Shown piece after piece: positions 10,901-23,260 of a DNA stretch of 64,000 nucleotides. The stretch covers positions 41,168,001-41,232,000 of the forward strand of contig CM022670.1 in assembly GCA_012295275.1 (NCBI GenBank). The letters are read 5' to 3'. Source of the stretch: Chrysomallon squamiferum (Eukaryota > Animalia > Mollusca). The position numbers were made by a program, and so were the translations under genes. Below the pieces are notes generated by a model, which was not told where the DNA came from, searched no databases, and saw only the letters and a list, made by a program, of their open reading frames with translations. Position 1 is the stretch's first letter. Every line of letters starts with the position of its first letter.

Positions 10901-13900
10901 TTACAAAAAAGTGTCTTAACATATAATTTATTCTTATCAGAATATTATTTTGTTTGAAAATTGTATATTACTGTAAAGAAATTAGTAAACATATCTGTAT
11001 TTCAGTGTTAGAGTATTTGGCTGTAAATCAAGAGGTTTCCAGTTTGATCTCATGTGTCCCCATAAACTTTTATTTATTTATATTTCATTTTTTTAATTTA
11101 AATTATTATTTTATGAATTTTACAGTTTATATTTATTCTATTCCAACTTTACTGATCAAAATTGAATTATTTCATTTAAGCCATATTTGATTTTGTATCA
11201 CACACGCACACACACACATTTAATTGTTTTGTATAGTTTTCAATGTTTTCAAATGTGATTATGTTTTAATGTTTATAGAAAAAGATCCAGATGGCAGAAG
11301 TCAGACACCTGTAAGTATTTCTCTTCTGAATTCTAAAAATATGTGAAATTGTAATTAATAAATTTAGAATAATTTTTATTATAAGATTATGTTAAAAGTC
11401 TAAGAATGTTTTACAAATAAATGTAATTACTGTCATGTTTCTGATTGATTATATGTATATATCAAATTGTATTTTAAATCTACTTTAGGTTATGTTTATT
11501 AATTAATTAAATTGATTATACAATCAATAATATAAAATGTATAGCATAAGTAAAAACTTATTTATCAACAGAGGTATATTTTCCTGGGCTTTTCAGTTTT
11601 GTTCATTTACCGTATATACTTGTGTACAAGGCGACCTTATGTATAAGTCGATGTGTATTTTAAGACCAAAAATTGCGTCATTTTAGGTATTACTTGTGTA
11701 TAAGTCAACTGTAGATTCCAGGCACCGTCACTATTTTTAGACCAGTGTGACAGTGCCATGAAGGCCTACATTGTACGCCTACTGTAACATAATAACGTAA
11801 ATGCATGTATTACACGAGCGATAGCCTAAATGTATCATAAATAGTATCTCTTTAATGTAATAGGTCTAACATGGAGACCTAACTTACCGTTATATTTAGC
11901 CGTTCTGTGATTTACAAAATGTGTCGGTAGTGGATATTAATGACGATTGCAATATTATTTCACCAAATTCTTTACAATTAAACAAGTGAGTTTTGTTTAT
12001 GAAATTAGGACCGATATTTAGTGCAATTTGGCAGAGAAGTCTGCATTCCTAGATCATTGCAAGACACCGTAAGGCATAACGCCGTACCGACGGTTTTCTC
12101 GCTTTAAAATGTATTTTTATGTCATTAAACGGAAGAATATCATGTTTTACATTCATATTTGGTTTTGTTATTTAATTTTTCAAAATGTTTTATACAATAA
12201 AATTATATTTTTGAAAAGCTGAAAGACCGCGATTATTTTAGATGCATCCCGTAGCAAAAAATAGTCAAAATGGCGACTCTTCAGCAACAGCTACAAAAGC
12301 ATTAACTATGTATAAGTCGACCCCCAAAATATTACCTTAATATAGTCTCCCAAAAATTCGACTTATACACAAGTATATACGGTAAATTATTTTCAAGATA
12401 TATATATTTTTATTCTCTCCTTATTTTGGACAGTTTTTGAAAATGCGTGCATAATTATATGAGAGAAAAAAATTGTTACCTGAATATAGATAAAGTTAAA
12501 AGTACCTACAAGAAAGGTAATAATAATAATAACATAAATAAATAAATAGATAAATTAAATAAAAATCGCTGTTTACATTTGTACCAGCTTCATATAATTA
12601 ATTAACTAAGTTAAAATACTGATTTACTATGAAAGTTTAAAACATATATCTAGTCAGATAAGAACTAAATAATTCATGAGAAAAATTTAAAAGCTATTTC
12701 CTTTTATGCCAGCTCCATACTATTGTGCAGCAGAAACAATTCCAGCTTCTTATGAATGAAACTATTCAGCGCTTGATTGAAATAATGTGGAAAAAATTTG
12801 GCCTGTAGGTTTTAATGTGAATGCAGTTCTATATTTGCGGTGGTGGTTGTATTCTTCTCAGTGTTACTGTCTGCTCAGATGGCTAAAGTGTGTTAGTCTG
12901 TATTAAAACACAATAGCATGTAGCTTCAAATTACAGGTTTTGTAGCATATATTTAACATACATAGGGGCTAAATAAAACAATTTGTTAAAACTAAATTTT
13001 TAAATTTTAAATATCTGTAACTAATCTTTCTTTCAGTAAGGTAATATTTCTCAATTTTTAACCTAACATAATCATATTAGTTAATACTAATGGTTTTCCT
13101 TCTACATTTTTTATAGTGATTTTGAATCAGTAAAATTAGTTATATATATTAAAATAATATTTTTATATTGCTTTTATTGTAGTACATATAAAATTTTCTT
13201 AGAACAGAAGCTATCATTTGTTAGACTTTGTTTAGAGTTTTTGTTTTATTGATATTTGTTCATTGTTAACATGTTCAAATAAGCATCTTAGTTGTTTTCA
13301 TAATAATTAATTTCATTCAGTGTGTATAAATATGAGATAAAAATCAAATTATAAACAGCTATTAATACAAAAATTTCACAAACTATATAATAAGTGCATA
13401 GGTGATTTCTGAAGAGGGCAGTTGGTTTGATATAATGCATACACATCAACCATTTATATCAGTGCCAAATTCAATTCTGTTTATTAGTATTTTTTTTTGT
13501 TTAATTTATATATAATATGTCTATTTTTATTGTTGGATATTGAATTTTTGTCATGTGATTGTCCAGTGTGTTGTTCAAAATAAACCAAAAATATTAAAAT
13601 GTTCATAAAATGTTTATTTAGCAGTAATCTTAAAATAAATAACAAATGTAGATATATGTAATACCTATTTGTTCACTCCTTCACATTTAAACCAACATTA
13701 TATTAATTTGTAATGATATATTTAATATTTACTAAAATAATAAAATTTGAAAATGTTCTGGAAAATGATCTGCCCTGACAATTAGCATTGCCTCCCTTAA
13801 TTCAGCTGCAGATGGCAGTAACATACCGACAATATGATCTCGTTATGCACCCGGTATTTATTAATCTGCTCAATGTACAGTGGATAGCATTTGGCAGGTC

Positions 13901-16900
13901 AGTTGTGAAATGGTTGTTTATTTATAATGTTTATTTAATTATTTTTATTTGTTTATTTTCCATTTAAAACATTTTATTTCCTAACACCAATACTTTTCTT
14001 TGCACATGTTAAAATTTTGTATTGCACTAAAATATATATTTTTGTTTAGTTTTGTATTTATTTATTTATTTTTGTTTTGATTTTATTTGTTTTAAGTTTC
14101 ATAATTCAGTGATTTAAAAACCTAATAATTTTAATTTAGAAGAAAAACAAATATAAGAAGTAGAATGAAATCTAATTTTGACAAGCAAATTATAATATCT
14201 TTATTAATGAGAAATAAAGAGTAGCATTTTATAATCATTACTTTCTTTTTTATTAATTAATCTAATTATTTACATTATGTTAATAAAAACTGTGCTTGTT
14301 CAATTTTAAATAAAAAAATTTTTTTTTAATTTTCTTTGAATTATGTCACTTTGATTCAGTAAATGAGACAGCATTTAAAATTATTTCTTAATGCTTAAAA
14401 AGTGCTAATTGTTTCATGATAACATAAGAATGACTAATTGTTTTATGATTCTATAAATATGAGACTGTTTAGATAATTTTGTATTTTGTATCCTGTTTGT
14501 ATTTGCACTCTTTAAGCTTTAATTTAACTCAGCTTGAATCAGATATAATGCATATAATTGTTTTCAAATTTAATTAACAAGAATGAAAGTTATAATTAAG
14601 AATATACAGAAAATATATCAGTATTTGATACTTATATTCATATGAAATGTGAATAAAGTTAATTTTATTGTTAAGTTTTAAATGTTGAACTTACAGATTT
14701 TTAAAATTTTTTAAATTTTCAATACTTATTAATAAGATATTGTTTTTTTAATGTATAACTCTTTTTCATTTTGTATTGTTTAAATGCAATAATTATTCAT
14801 AAATATTTTATTAACAGCTTAAAGGGGTGTGTGTGTGTATAATAATGCATACCAATAGAGAAAATGTAAATTTTATGCAATAAACAAGAAATTAATTTTA
14901 TGTTAGATAAAGTTAAATGAATTAAAACAAATTCAGTAATAATGTTATATTATTTCAACATTATATTATAAGATAAGAATATTTTTTAAACAATTTTATT
15001 ATGTTAATATTTTAGGTTGTATATATTAGTATAAATGTTTTATGTTAGTAATTTACATCTTTTATTACTATGTTGTTATGTTAGTCTAAGATATGTTTAT
15101 TACAGTGTTGTTATGCTGATTTGTAATGATATAAATGTTTTATGGTGGTGTGTTATTAGATATCTTTTTGTTACAGACGAGGTGCATGGATTAACTTGAT
15201 CCTAAACTTGTTGTATATTCTCATGTGGACTTTTATTGGTGTTCTTGTGGAATATGATGACAGGCACCAATACACTTTACCAAATGACATCTGGAGAATT
15301 GTGTTATGGGTTAGTATCTCATTAAATCAATGGCATTTCATGGGTCCCAAAATTTTCAAATGAAGATGTATCTGGCCAAAAAAGACCTTAAAATGACCAT
15401 TGTTGAACATTTATAATTTGTTTATTTCAAAACATAACTTCATCGTTTCAAAGTTGTCCAGTTCCCGTGCTAAACCTGGGTGTCACTATTGGTCTCTCAC
15501 CCAGATGTCATCTCAGGTTAAGCAAGGAAGCAGACTAGAGTTCAAAGTTGACTGACCTTAAAATCTCAACTGTCTCTTTACTCCTGTAAATATGAAGTTA
15601 TAAATAATTGATCTCAGAAATTATCAGTGTTGAAGGTGTAATGTTCATTTAGAATAAACTGAACTGTTTTCAAAATTGAATTTAAAATAATAATAAAAAA
15701 TATTTATTGATAAAAGTTTGTATTTTACACACACCCAACATACAATCAGCTTCCAATATTATCACCAGGAAAAAAATGACATAGTGAAAAACTGGCTAGT
15801 AAATGGATGCATGTTTGCAGTAAACTAGAATAACAGTTTTTTAAGCTCTCTTATGCTATGTGCGATTCAGTTGCAGTTTCATTCAGTATTTCTTTAGCAG
15901 GCATTCATAGCAGTTATCTTATCATTTAAAGTATTTAGAAATTGATGTTACTTTTACTGCATCTTGAATCAAATATCTAAATTTTCTTTTATTATTCTGA
16001 TGTTTTAAAATATTGTTTTAATTATTATAATTATTCAGTTTTTATATTTGAGGTTATTTGATAGCTTCATTATTCATTGTTTGGTTGTATATTTGTTTCA
16101 GTTGGTAGCTGTTGCATTTACTGTATGGCAGATAGTGGAAGAGCTGTTGGAATACACTCGGTCAAAAAGAGCACATCGGGTTTGTAATCTAAGTACTCTG
16201 ATTCATAGCCATAGATTATACTTTGATATAACCATTGTATTACATTTTTAATTTCAACAAACTACAACAACTCCACCATTAATGTTGAGGTTATGTTCTT
16301 GAAAGTACTTCTTTAACTGAAATGTTAAGTTAAACTGATTTTACACAGTTATATAAATGGAGGATTATGTGTCTTTGAAACATATCTGGCATATATCCTC
16401 ACATGGTTAAGAGAAAAAAAAAAAAAAAAAGTTTGTTCTCTATTGTAAACAGAAATAATGTATATTCACATACAAATAAGATAAATAAACAAAAATAAAA
16501 TTAAAATTTGTTTGATGGCTGATGCAATAATGGATGTAGTTGTGGTGGTTGGGAGGGTGGGAAGCTACTGATAGATAGAAGAGATTTCGGTCCTTCTCAT
16601 GATCACTGAAATGGACTCGAAATGGATGTTTGAAAAGAGCAAAAAAAACACCAAACAAATATGGTGCTTAAAACGTCTGTTACAGAATGGAGCATTATGA
16701 TAGTCAGGCTTGGAGTGCCTATATACCAAATATTTTATGTCATCATATATTTACATCTTTTATCTTTCTTAATTGTTGTTTGTTTATTTATCAGTTTGTT
16801 CCAACCTCATTTTTTGATTACCTCATCAGACCATCCATCCATCCACGAGTCTGCTCATGTTTTATTTTTGTTTTCAGAATGCAATGAAGTGGCGAACTCA

Positions 16901-19900
16901 GGAAATAAATGAAGATTTAAAATTCTGTCACCCTCAATGGCCAGAAGAAAGACATTTCCTAGAATCAGAGTTGAAAGAACTAACTAAGCTAAGCCCTAAC
17001 TACTTCAGTGACTACTGGTAAAACAAAACAAAAATTTTATTTCATATTTCAGTTATAATTGGTGTATTAGAAACACTGTAACTTTTGTTTCTGTTTGAAG
17101 ATGAGTGGAAATCACAATTTATCTGTGCAAAATTTCTGACATTAAGATTTAGGCACATACAACAGAGTTGTTTGATTAAAAACATGTATTTTCTAAGAAT
17201 ATGTTTTGATGTTCTTTACTTCTTGTTTAATGTTTTATTTTGTTTCTTCTTGTTTACTCATTTTTGAATTTTTATTTTAAAACAATAATGGTTTTGTGTT
17301 TTTTAGGAATATTTTTGACTGGGTGTGTTACCTTTTGTTGTTGACATCACTCATCACTCACCTGGTTGACATTGGTTACCACACAAACCAGCTTGCACGT
17401 GCACACATCCGTGTGATGAGTGTTACAATAATTCTGCTCTGGCTGAGGCTAATGAAAAATGCTAGAGCATTTTCAGTTTTTGGTATTTAAAATAATAATA
17501 TTTTTGTTTGTCATTATGCAGTTTTAATATATAAGACATTTATGGTGCATGAACTTTATATGTAGTTCATAACCTGTTGATATTTGAAAGCAAATAATTA
17601 TTATGAAACAAATCAAAATAGAATCTGAAATAAATTAGTCAATAGTTTTTTAAAAATAAAAGAAAAGAAAGAAAGAAATTGTGAAATTTTTTGTCAGACT
17701 TTTTATTATGAATGTGTTTTTTTTTGTGGTGATGTTGTGTTTACTTGATATACTTTCTAACAGGACCTTTCATTGTGATGCTGGGACACATGATGGGAGA
17801 CATGGTGAGGTTTGCATTTCTCTACTGTGAGTTCTACATTCCATACGGTGAGTAACTTATTCTTTACATAATTACTACATGTGTTTATTTCTGCATTCAG
17901 AAAGGTCAAAAATGTGAAAAATTCAGTCATGGTTGATGTTGTATTTTCTTTCATGACAGTGAAAATTTTCTATAAATACCTCATTTATTCAAATGCATTT
18001 TGTTTTGTTTTATGTATGTATGTGTATATATATATAAAAGAAATTTCCCTGAGTTGAAGGAAATTCATGGATTATTTTCCAGTTTGTGCCTTTTGGATGT
18101 TGTTTGGTGGGGAGAAGAAACCAGACTCAGGGGAAGGTCCATTGATCAGTGTGACCTGGTTTAATGACATTGGTCAGGTCATGTTTAGTCTGTTCAGGCT
18201 GACCCTAGTTGATGAATATGATTATGGGGTAAGTTAAAACATTTGTTATTATGTATTTATAATATTAGAAAAGATGAAGTACATCCATTCGTACAGATAT
18301 TTTCCATATTACTGTTCATATTTTCACTCTCTCAGTCTTTTTAACTGTTATTAATTTGAGAATTTATTTATATGTATCCATAAAAAAGACTTGTATAAAA
18401 ATTAGTTATAAAACTTAAACAAATAGTTTAGTATTTTTTGCTTTTAATTTTTTTACACCATTTCAGCATATACATATCAAAAATTAATTTTCAGGCAATG
18501 AAACAAGTTGATTCTGTCATGACCGATATTCTTATTGGAACCTGGTTGGCACTGTCAGCCATATTGTGCCTTAATCTCTTCATAGCACTGTTGTCAGACA
18601 CCTTTCAGCGGTATGTTTTTGTTTGTCCTTTATCTGGTAACAGCTGAATATGTTTGAGTGTGCTGTTTAATACCATATACTGGTGTGTTATTTTGGTGTG
18701 TGTAAAAGATTAATTATTTTGTTAAATTTATAGTTACAGATGCAACAGTTAAATTTAATGTTAGTTAAAAGATTAATTATTTTGTTTTAAAATTTTTATC
18801 ATTTTATTTTTAACAGTTCAAATTTATAAACATAATTTGTTAAGTAACTAAACTTTTTGTTTGATGTTTTCTGGGTCAGAATAAATATTTTATTGAATGA
18901 TTATATTTTGAATTATTAAAAAGGAAGCCCCAAGTTCAATAGTTACTCTTTTTCTCAACAAAATATGTTTTATATATAAGTATATACAAGAATTAGAATG
19001 TTGACTGGATCTAATATCCAAACATAGCACTGATTGATTATGCAGTCTAGTGATACTCAATCGATTGATGTATGTAGAGCTACAGCTCAGATAAAAGTAG
19101 TTTCCCTTATCTTATACTAATATTTGATATTTTCCTGCACAGAGTTTATGATAATGCTCGGTCAAATGCTGTCATGCAGAAAGCTATCACAATTTTAAAC
19201 ATCTGGGAAGGAATGTCAAAGAAACGGCGCCACAAATTTCTTCTCTATGTGCACAATGAATGCAACCCCAAACGAGATCCATACGATGATGATGTGACAA
19301 CTAGTGGAGAGGAGGATCTTAAAAAAGTCACCATCCAAATCAAGGTACAGGTTTTGAAATATTTGTTATAAATAATAATAATAATAATAATAATAACAAG
19401 AACAACAATAATAAGAATAATAATAATAACAACAACAATAAAAATAATAGTAATAATAATAATAACAACCAGAACAACAACTATAAAAATAATATTAATG
19501 ATAATTTATGATAATGACGATGATATTACTGTTAAAGACTTAGTTAATGGTCATGTTTATACTATTATAGCTAATAATATTTGTTATTACAATGATGATA
19601 TCCTAATAATAATAATACTCATCCTTTTAAAGGAAGGACTTGATGAGCTGTTAGAAGGCTGGAAAGCAAGGTTTGGACATGACGAATTATCTGACATGCT
19701 GGTAAATATAAAAATATTTTTAAAAAAGAAAATATCTGCTGATTCCTATGAGCTTTTAATATTTTAAATATGTTACATGTCTTTAAAATAACCTTCACTT
19801 CATTAATTCATTTTTATTCAAATGTGTCCAAAAACCCATTTTATTTTAGGAATTCTCTGGTGGTTCTGGTGGTGGTGGAGGAGGTGGTGGTGGTGGTGGT

Positions 19901-22900
19901 GGAGGAGGTGGGAGTGGAGGAGGAGGTGGTATGGGTCAGGATATAAAACGTAATCGTGGGGTGGTGGTCACGGTAGACCGGTTTGAGAAGGAGATCAGTG
20001 TTTTACACACTGGAATAAAAGACTTGCAGGACAGACAGGAAAACATCATGAACAGTCTGAAACGTGACACAAAAACTATCAAACATCTACTTCAGCAACT
20101 GCTCGGTCGATCCACATTAGAATTAGGTTTGTACTGTTTAATAATAATGTGAGGTTGACTGATGTTATTGTTTATGTTATAAATACATAACAAAGATTTA
20201 CTTATTTTACATTATAAATAGGTAACAGACACCAACATATTTTACACTGTTAATAGATGACAGGGATTGACTGATTTTACATTATAAATACATAACCGGA
20301 TTATTTTGCATTAGATAACATATTGGCTTACTTTACATTATAAGTAGATAATAGACTGACTTATTTTGCATAAATAGATAACATATTGACTTATTGTATA
20401 TTATAAATAGATAACTAAGATTGACTTATTTTACATTGTTAATAATAACAGAGACTGACTTCTTTTACATTACAAATAGATAAAAATGACTGACTAATTT
20501 TACATAATAAATAGATAACAGAAACTGACCTACTTTACATTTACATTGATTTATTTTTTTACATTATAAATAACAAAAGAGGTTGACTTATTTTATAACA
20601 TTTTATTTTAAATGAATAGATAACCAGACATTGATTTATTTTACATTATAAATAGATAAAAGAGATTGACATATTTTACATTATTAATATATAACTGATT
20701 GACTTATTTTACATTATGAATAGATAACCAGAGATTGACTTATTTTACATTATAAATAGATAACAGAGACTGACTTATTTTGCATTATAAATAGATAACA
20801 TAGGCTGACTTACTTTTCATTATAAACAGATAACAAACTGACTTATTATACATTATAAATAGATAACTGAGATTGACTTATTTTGCATTATAAATAGATA
20901 ACTGAGATTGACTTATTTTACATTATAAATAGATAACTGAGATGGGCTGATATTTTATATTATAAACAAATAACAAAGGTTAACTGATATTGTTCATATC
21001 ATAAATATTGTTAATGTTTACACATTATAAAGAGTTAGTTATATTAATATTGTTTATAAATTATTATTATTGATGTGTTTGTATATGTATTATGTTGAGT
21101 ATATACACACATGAGAACAAAATATATGCACACACAAATACATGTAAATATTCAAACATGTTAGATTTTATTGAAATGTTCAAAAAATCATGGAATGTTG
21201 TTTCTTATTAATGGAGTATTGTAATTTATATATTTTATCTTTGATTTTATAAACTTCAAATCAGGAATGTTGATGAGAGTTAACTACATTACTCTTTGTT
21301 TTAGGTGATACAGGTCAGGAAGACACAGAAACAAATGTAGAACATGAACATCACACAAGATCTGGACATGAGTATGTTTTCTTAATAATTCTTCTTTACA
21401 CAATATACAGTTCTTATTACTTGTAAATACTTCTATTTTAAAGTTTAATCGTCTGATATGTGTATTTATCACTTTTTAATACAACCATTTATCAGTTACA
21501 ATACATCTATCAGTCTGTCAACAAATATCTTTTCTACATTATGAACAACATAACAAACTTAAAATGCAGTAACGAAGTATATAAAAAATCACTCTTTAAC
21601 ACCTTTCTGTGTTGGTTTAAATATCATTTAAATTAGGAATATTTTGTTTTATTCTTTAAATTCTTAAACCATCTCTGGACTTCTTCTCTCAACTTTGTCA
21701 AATTCATTTTTATTTCTCTTTCTTCTTCTTTTCTTGTTAACTTACAACTTATTCTGATGTTTCTATAAGTTTCTAAAATAAAGAAAACACTGAAAATTGA
21801 TATATTGTTGTCCCTCACTTGGATATTTTGTATCACACTGTTTACAAAAGATATTAGTTTAGTAATTTTATTTATTATTACTGAGCAGATCTGAAGGTCG
21901 AGTTAGACGAGTGAGACGTAAAAAGCAAACAAAAACACAAACTCATGAAGAATACAGAGATTCACAGGAACCAGCAACATGTAAGAATGCAGTCAGCTAC
22001 TGCAACCTGCTTTTAATTTGTAGACAATATTAGTTACTTTTAATTTTGATAACTACATGTAAGAATAGAGCATCCTTTTTTAATTTGTAGACAGTATTAG
22101 TTATTGTCATTCATATTTTGATAAGAACCATCAAGAATTCAATAATATTAGTAATCTGTTTTCTGTTTATGCTTTGTAAACAGTATTTTCTATTGTTTAT
22201 TTTTTGTATACAGTTCTTATCCATTACAATTGAATTTTCAGGACTGGTGCTCCCCCTATTAGTCCATGAAATGAAGGGTCAGCAGTATATAAATATATTT
22301 TCTTTCATTTAGTTGTATTTGATTTGTTGGGGTTTTTTTTTTTTTTTTTTGCAGACTTCTCACATATTGATATATCTACCATAGAGCTTCCTTCCCAGAC
22401 CACACCTCAGGTATTATTTTTATATATTACATTATCTTTAGATAGACACAAGTTGCTTTTCACATTTTTACTTAAATATGTAACAAATTAAGTTGAATTG
22501 CAATTTCATTTTTTTATTTTTATATATATATTTGGAATATATTTAAACACAGAATTTTTAATATTTTTATTTAAGTGTTATATATCCAGACAAAATTTCT
22601 CAAATTAAGTATTTCTACTGAAAACACTTTAACAGACAGTAAGTATAGTTAAATATGACATTTTGATAAGTCACTGTGTTATTATTATTAACTATATTTT
22701 AAAAAGTTAATTTTCACAAGAATTACTGAACATTGTTATTTTCTTTTAATTTTTTAAATTCAAAGTCACTTTTTACCTGCTCAGTTAATGAATTAATGAT
22801 TTTTTGTCTAAGATATTTCTGAGACACATGACAAAAAAAAACACATTTACAGTGATGTTTTTGTAATCAAATTGTTCTTGTTACTGCTAAAACTGCTTTT

Positions 22901-23260
22901 ACTAATACTATTATCAGCACATTTATTTGTATCATTTAATATATTATAGATTATTTGTTAGTGTATTTGAAATATTTTATTTTATCATATATTGCAGATG
23001 TAAAGTCATAATGTATATATAATTATATTTAAGATTAAAATATAATGGGTTTTTACAAGTAAGTTATTCATTTTAGTGTAATTAAAGAAAAGTACATTTC
23101 AAATTAGACCAGAGTAAAAAGTATTACCAGTAATTAACTGATATAAAAAAATATATATAAATATATAATAAAAGTAATAATGTTTACTGCAGTAATATAA
23201 ATATGTGTCACTTTTTTTTATCTACAGCCACTAGATCATCAAGACACAACTGAGTGTTAA
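5019..23260 (+). CDS. Ankyrin-repeat transient receptor potential (TRP) cation channel, TRPV/TRPA-related, ~954 aa
   Basis: Phase-consistent GT-AG exons: 5019-5143, 5616-5743, (7151-7168 optional), 8699-9000, 9251-9401, 9836-10003, 10394-10503, 10650-10737, 11279-11310, [12713-12804 OR 13806-13897], 15177-15309, 16102-16179, 16878-17017, 17307-17482, 17764-17847, 18083-18228, 18495-18610, 19143-19344, 19633-19701, 19850-20126, 21305-21371, 21889-21980, 22355-22410, 23228-23260. Total 2865 nt without the microexon. Ankyrin motifs: GQTILHEVAR, GRTPLHVAAA, DQTPVYYAAK, GRTPIHAAAQ. S3 YWNIFDW; S4-S5 WLRLMKNARAFSVFGPFIVML; pore FSLFRLTLVDEYDY; S6 LCLNLFIALLSDTFQRV; C-terminal coiled-coil-like segment. 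The last few C-terminal exons are less certain. Confidence 0.92.
7290..8190 (+). repeat. Intronic rearrangement: ~145-bp direct repeat (7290-7440 / 8045-8190) flanking a decayed copy of the TRP promoter (7441-7760 ~ 4561-4915)
   Basis: 'ttatggatccctcaatctctggagagtttttcatttctatttttatctgagatctgaagattatctaaattcact' occurs twice. 'gtctgcctgtaaactaaagtaatgctgatgaacac' occurs at ~4616 and ~7496. Confidence 0.88.
11610..12382. mobile_element. Non-autonomous Tc1/mariner-superfamily element (MITE) with TA target-site duplication
   Basis: TA|CCGTATATACTTGTGTA ... TACACAAGTATATACGG|TA: a perfect 17-bp terminal inverted repeat with internal repeats of 'gtataagtcga'. No ORF, and CpG-rich relative to the host intron. 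Confidence 0.88.
12713..12804 (+). CDS. TRP mutually exclusive exon A (linker/pre-S1 helix)
   Basis: gccag|92 nt|gtaggt, phase 0 to 2. Encodes LHTIVQQKQFQLLMNETIQRLIEIMWKKFG(L). Confidence 0.85.
13806..13897 (+). CDS. TRP mutually exclusive exon B (linker/pre-S1 helix)
   Basis: ttcag|92 nt|gtcagt, phase 0 to 2. Encodes LQMAVTYRQYDLVMHPVFINLLNVQWIAFG(R). Confidence 0.88.
20180..20990. repeat. Minisatellite, ~33-37-bp unit (gattgacttattttacattataaatagataac...), in a TRP intron
   Basis: About 20 degenerate tandem copies beginning shortly after the 20126 donor. Confidence 0.88.

Noticed and set aside
13785-13805. U12-type branch-site-like tcccttaat before exon B as a mechanism of mutual exclusion
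   Set aside because: It is too close to the AG, and the flanking donors (gtaagt, gtaggt, gtcagt) are U2-type rather than GTATCCTT.
15330-16740. GC-richer intronic patches (15330-15600, 16520-16740), and a similar one at 33770-33930, as snoRNA or Helitron candidates
   Set aside because: I could not identify a convincing C/D or H/ACA box arrangement or element termini by eye. They are probably old repeat fragments.
21980-22243. Junction-formed TGA as a selenocysteine or readthrough codon
   Set aside because: There is no evidence that the junction is used and no SECIS was seen. An open alternative path via 22355 exists.
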